From IMG/VR virus record IMGVR_UViG_3300037427_004775, positions 1-57,429 of that record: DNA of 57,429 nt; one strand, 5' to 3'. The notes beneath the pieces are model-generated. The model worked only from the letters and a program-made list of their open reading frames with translations. It was not told where the DNA came from and ran no database searches. This document shows, piece after piece, positions 56,932 through 57,429 of the stretch. How positions within the stretch are numbered: the first letter of the stretch is position 1; every line of letters starts with the position of its first letter. Source of the DNA: a virus. Its lineage: Duplodnaviria > Caudoviricetes. A program made the translations under genes and the position numbers.

Positions 56932-57429
56932 TGAATTGTCCCCCAAAGAGTTTTGCAAAAGCCGGCCAGATATCTTCCTTATCTGTCAACAAAACATTCT
57001 TGAAATTTTTATCAACAAGAACTTCGTACTCTTGCGACATGGTCGATCTTTCCATTGTTCCCCACCGTGGGTGATCTTCTGTCGGTATAATTTCAATAAA
57101 ACAGTAAAGTTGAGCAAGGCGCTTTATGATTCCAGCAGCTTTGATCGCTTTGTCATTATCTTCAGGCCAATTGTCGCCATCTGAACAGTGAAAAGCATAT
57201 ATGTTCCATGAATCCGGATGATATCTCTTCTCGATTATTTCATTTGCCAGAACAGGTGCTGATGAAATAAATGTCCCTCCGGAGGTAGTAACCTTAAAGA
57301 AGTCATCCTCAGATACTTCTTTTGCATCAATTGTGTGAGCAATAAAAACAATTTCTGTATTTTCATATCGATAATTGATAAACTGGTACAGTAAAAAGAA
57401 AAAACTTCTTGCAATATACTTTTTTCTCT
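56924..57429 (-). CDS. yeaH: YeaH/YhbH (DUF444) protein, 3' part only
   Basis: Hand translation: KKYIARSFFFLLYQFI..RYENTEIVFIAH..AKEV.EDDFF..SGGTFISS..WNIYAFHCSDGDNW...IWPAFAKLF*; stop at 56924 overlaps the spoVR start. Confidence 0.93.
   Translation of the reverse strand, partial: RKKYIARSFFFLLYQFINYRYENTEIVFIAHTIDAKEVSEDDFFKVTTSGGTFISSAPVLANEIIEKRYHPDSWNIYAFHCSDGDNWPEDNDKAIKAAGIIKRLAQLYCFIEIIPTEDHPRWGTMERSTMSQEYEVLVDKNFKNVLLTDKEDIWPAFAKLFGGQFNE

Noticed and set aside
1-57429. Alternative genetic code (TAG or TGA recoding) as in some large phages
   Set aside because: Recognisable genes are full length in the standard code, and TAG, TGA and TAA all terminate genes at sensible positions.

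Overview
This window (about 36% GC, nearly all genes on the minus strand, standard genetic code) reads as part of a very large contractile-tailed bacteriophage (jumbo/megaphage) genome. Along the window: (1) 1-9.9 kb, baseplate module: LamG-containing wedge protein running off the window edge, baseplate J/gp6-like, gp25-like, an extremely hydrophobic repeat protein and a spike/hub-like protein. (2) A gp55-like sigma factor and a Cas4-like exonuclease. (3) About 24 kb (11-35.3 kb) of glycan biosynthesis genes: GT4/GT2/GT77-like and Maf-like transferases, Ugd, epimerase, NeuB, two CMP-sugar synthetases, SIS isomerase, HAD phosphatases, FkbM methyltransferases and a radical SAM enzyme. (4) Two repeat-rich tail-fibre proteins and two H-type-lectin-like proteins. 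(5) PIN-PhoH, a stand-alone sigma-70 region-4 protein and a tubulin/FtsZ (PhuZ-like) GTPase. (6) A host-takeover/proteostasis block: a complete tmRNA (tag ANNNYHFESARLAA) flanked by two Hc1 histone-like genes, peptide deformylase, YkuK RNase H-like protein, a degenerate GroEL and YeaH-SpoVR-PrkA. The most striking unexplained signals are a 32-33 nt hairpin repeated three times with compensatory base changes, always 9-10 nt after a stop codon (48.37-49.02 kb); two RBS-sequestering RNA structures; and an apparent [S/T]-G-[S/T] enrichment in virion proteins next to a nonulosonic-acid glycosylation locus. All family calls come from motif recognition by eye; no searches were run.
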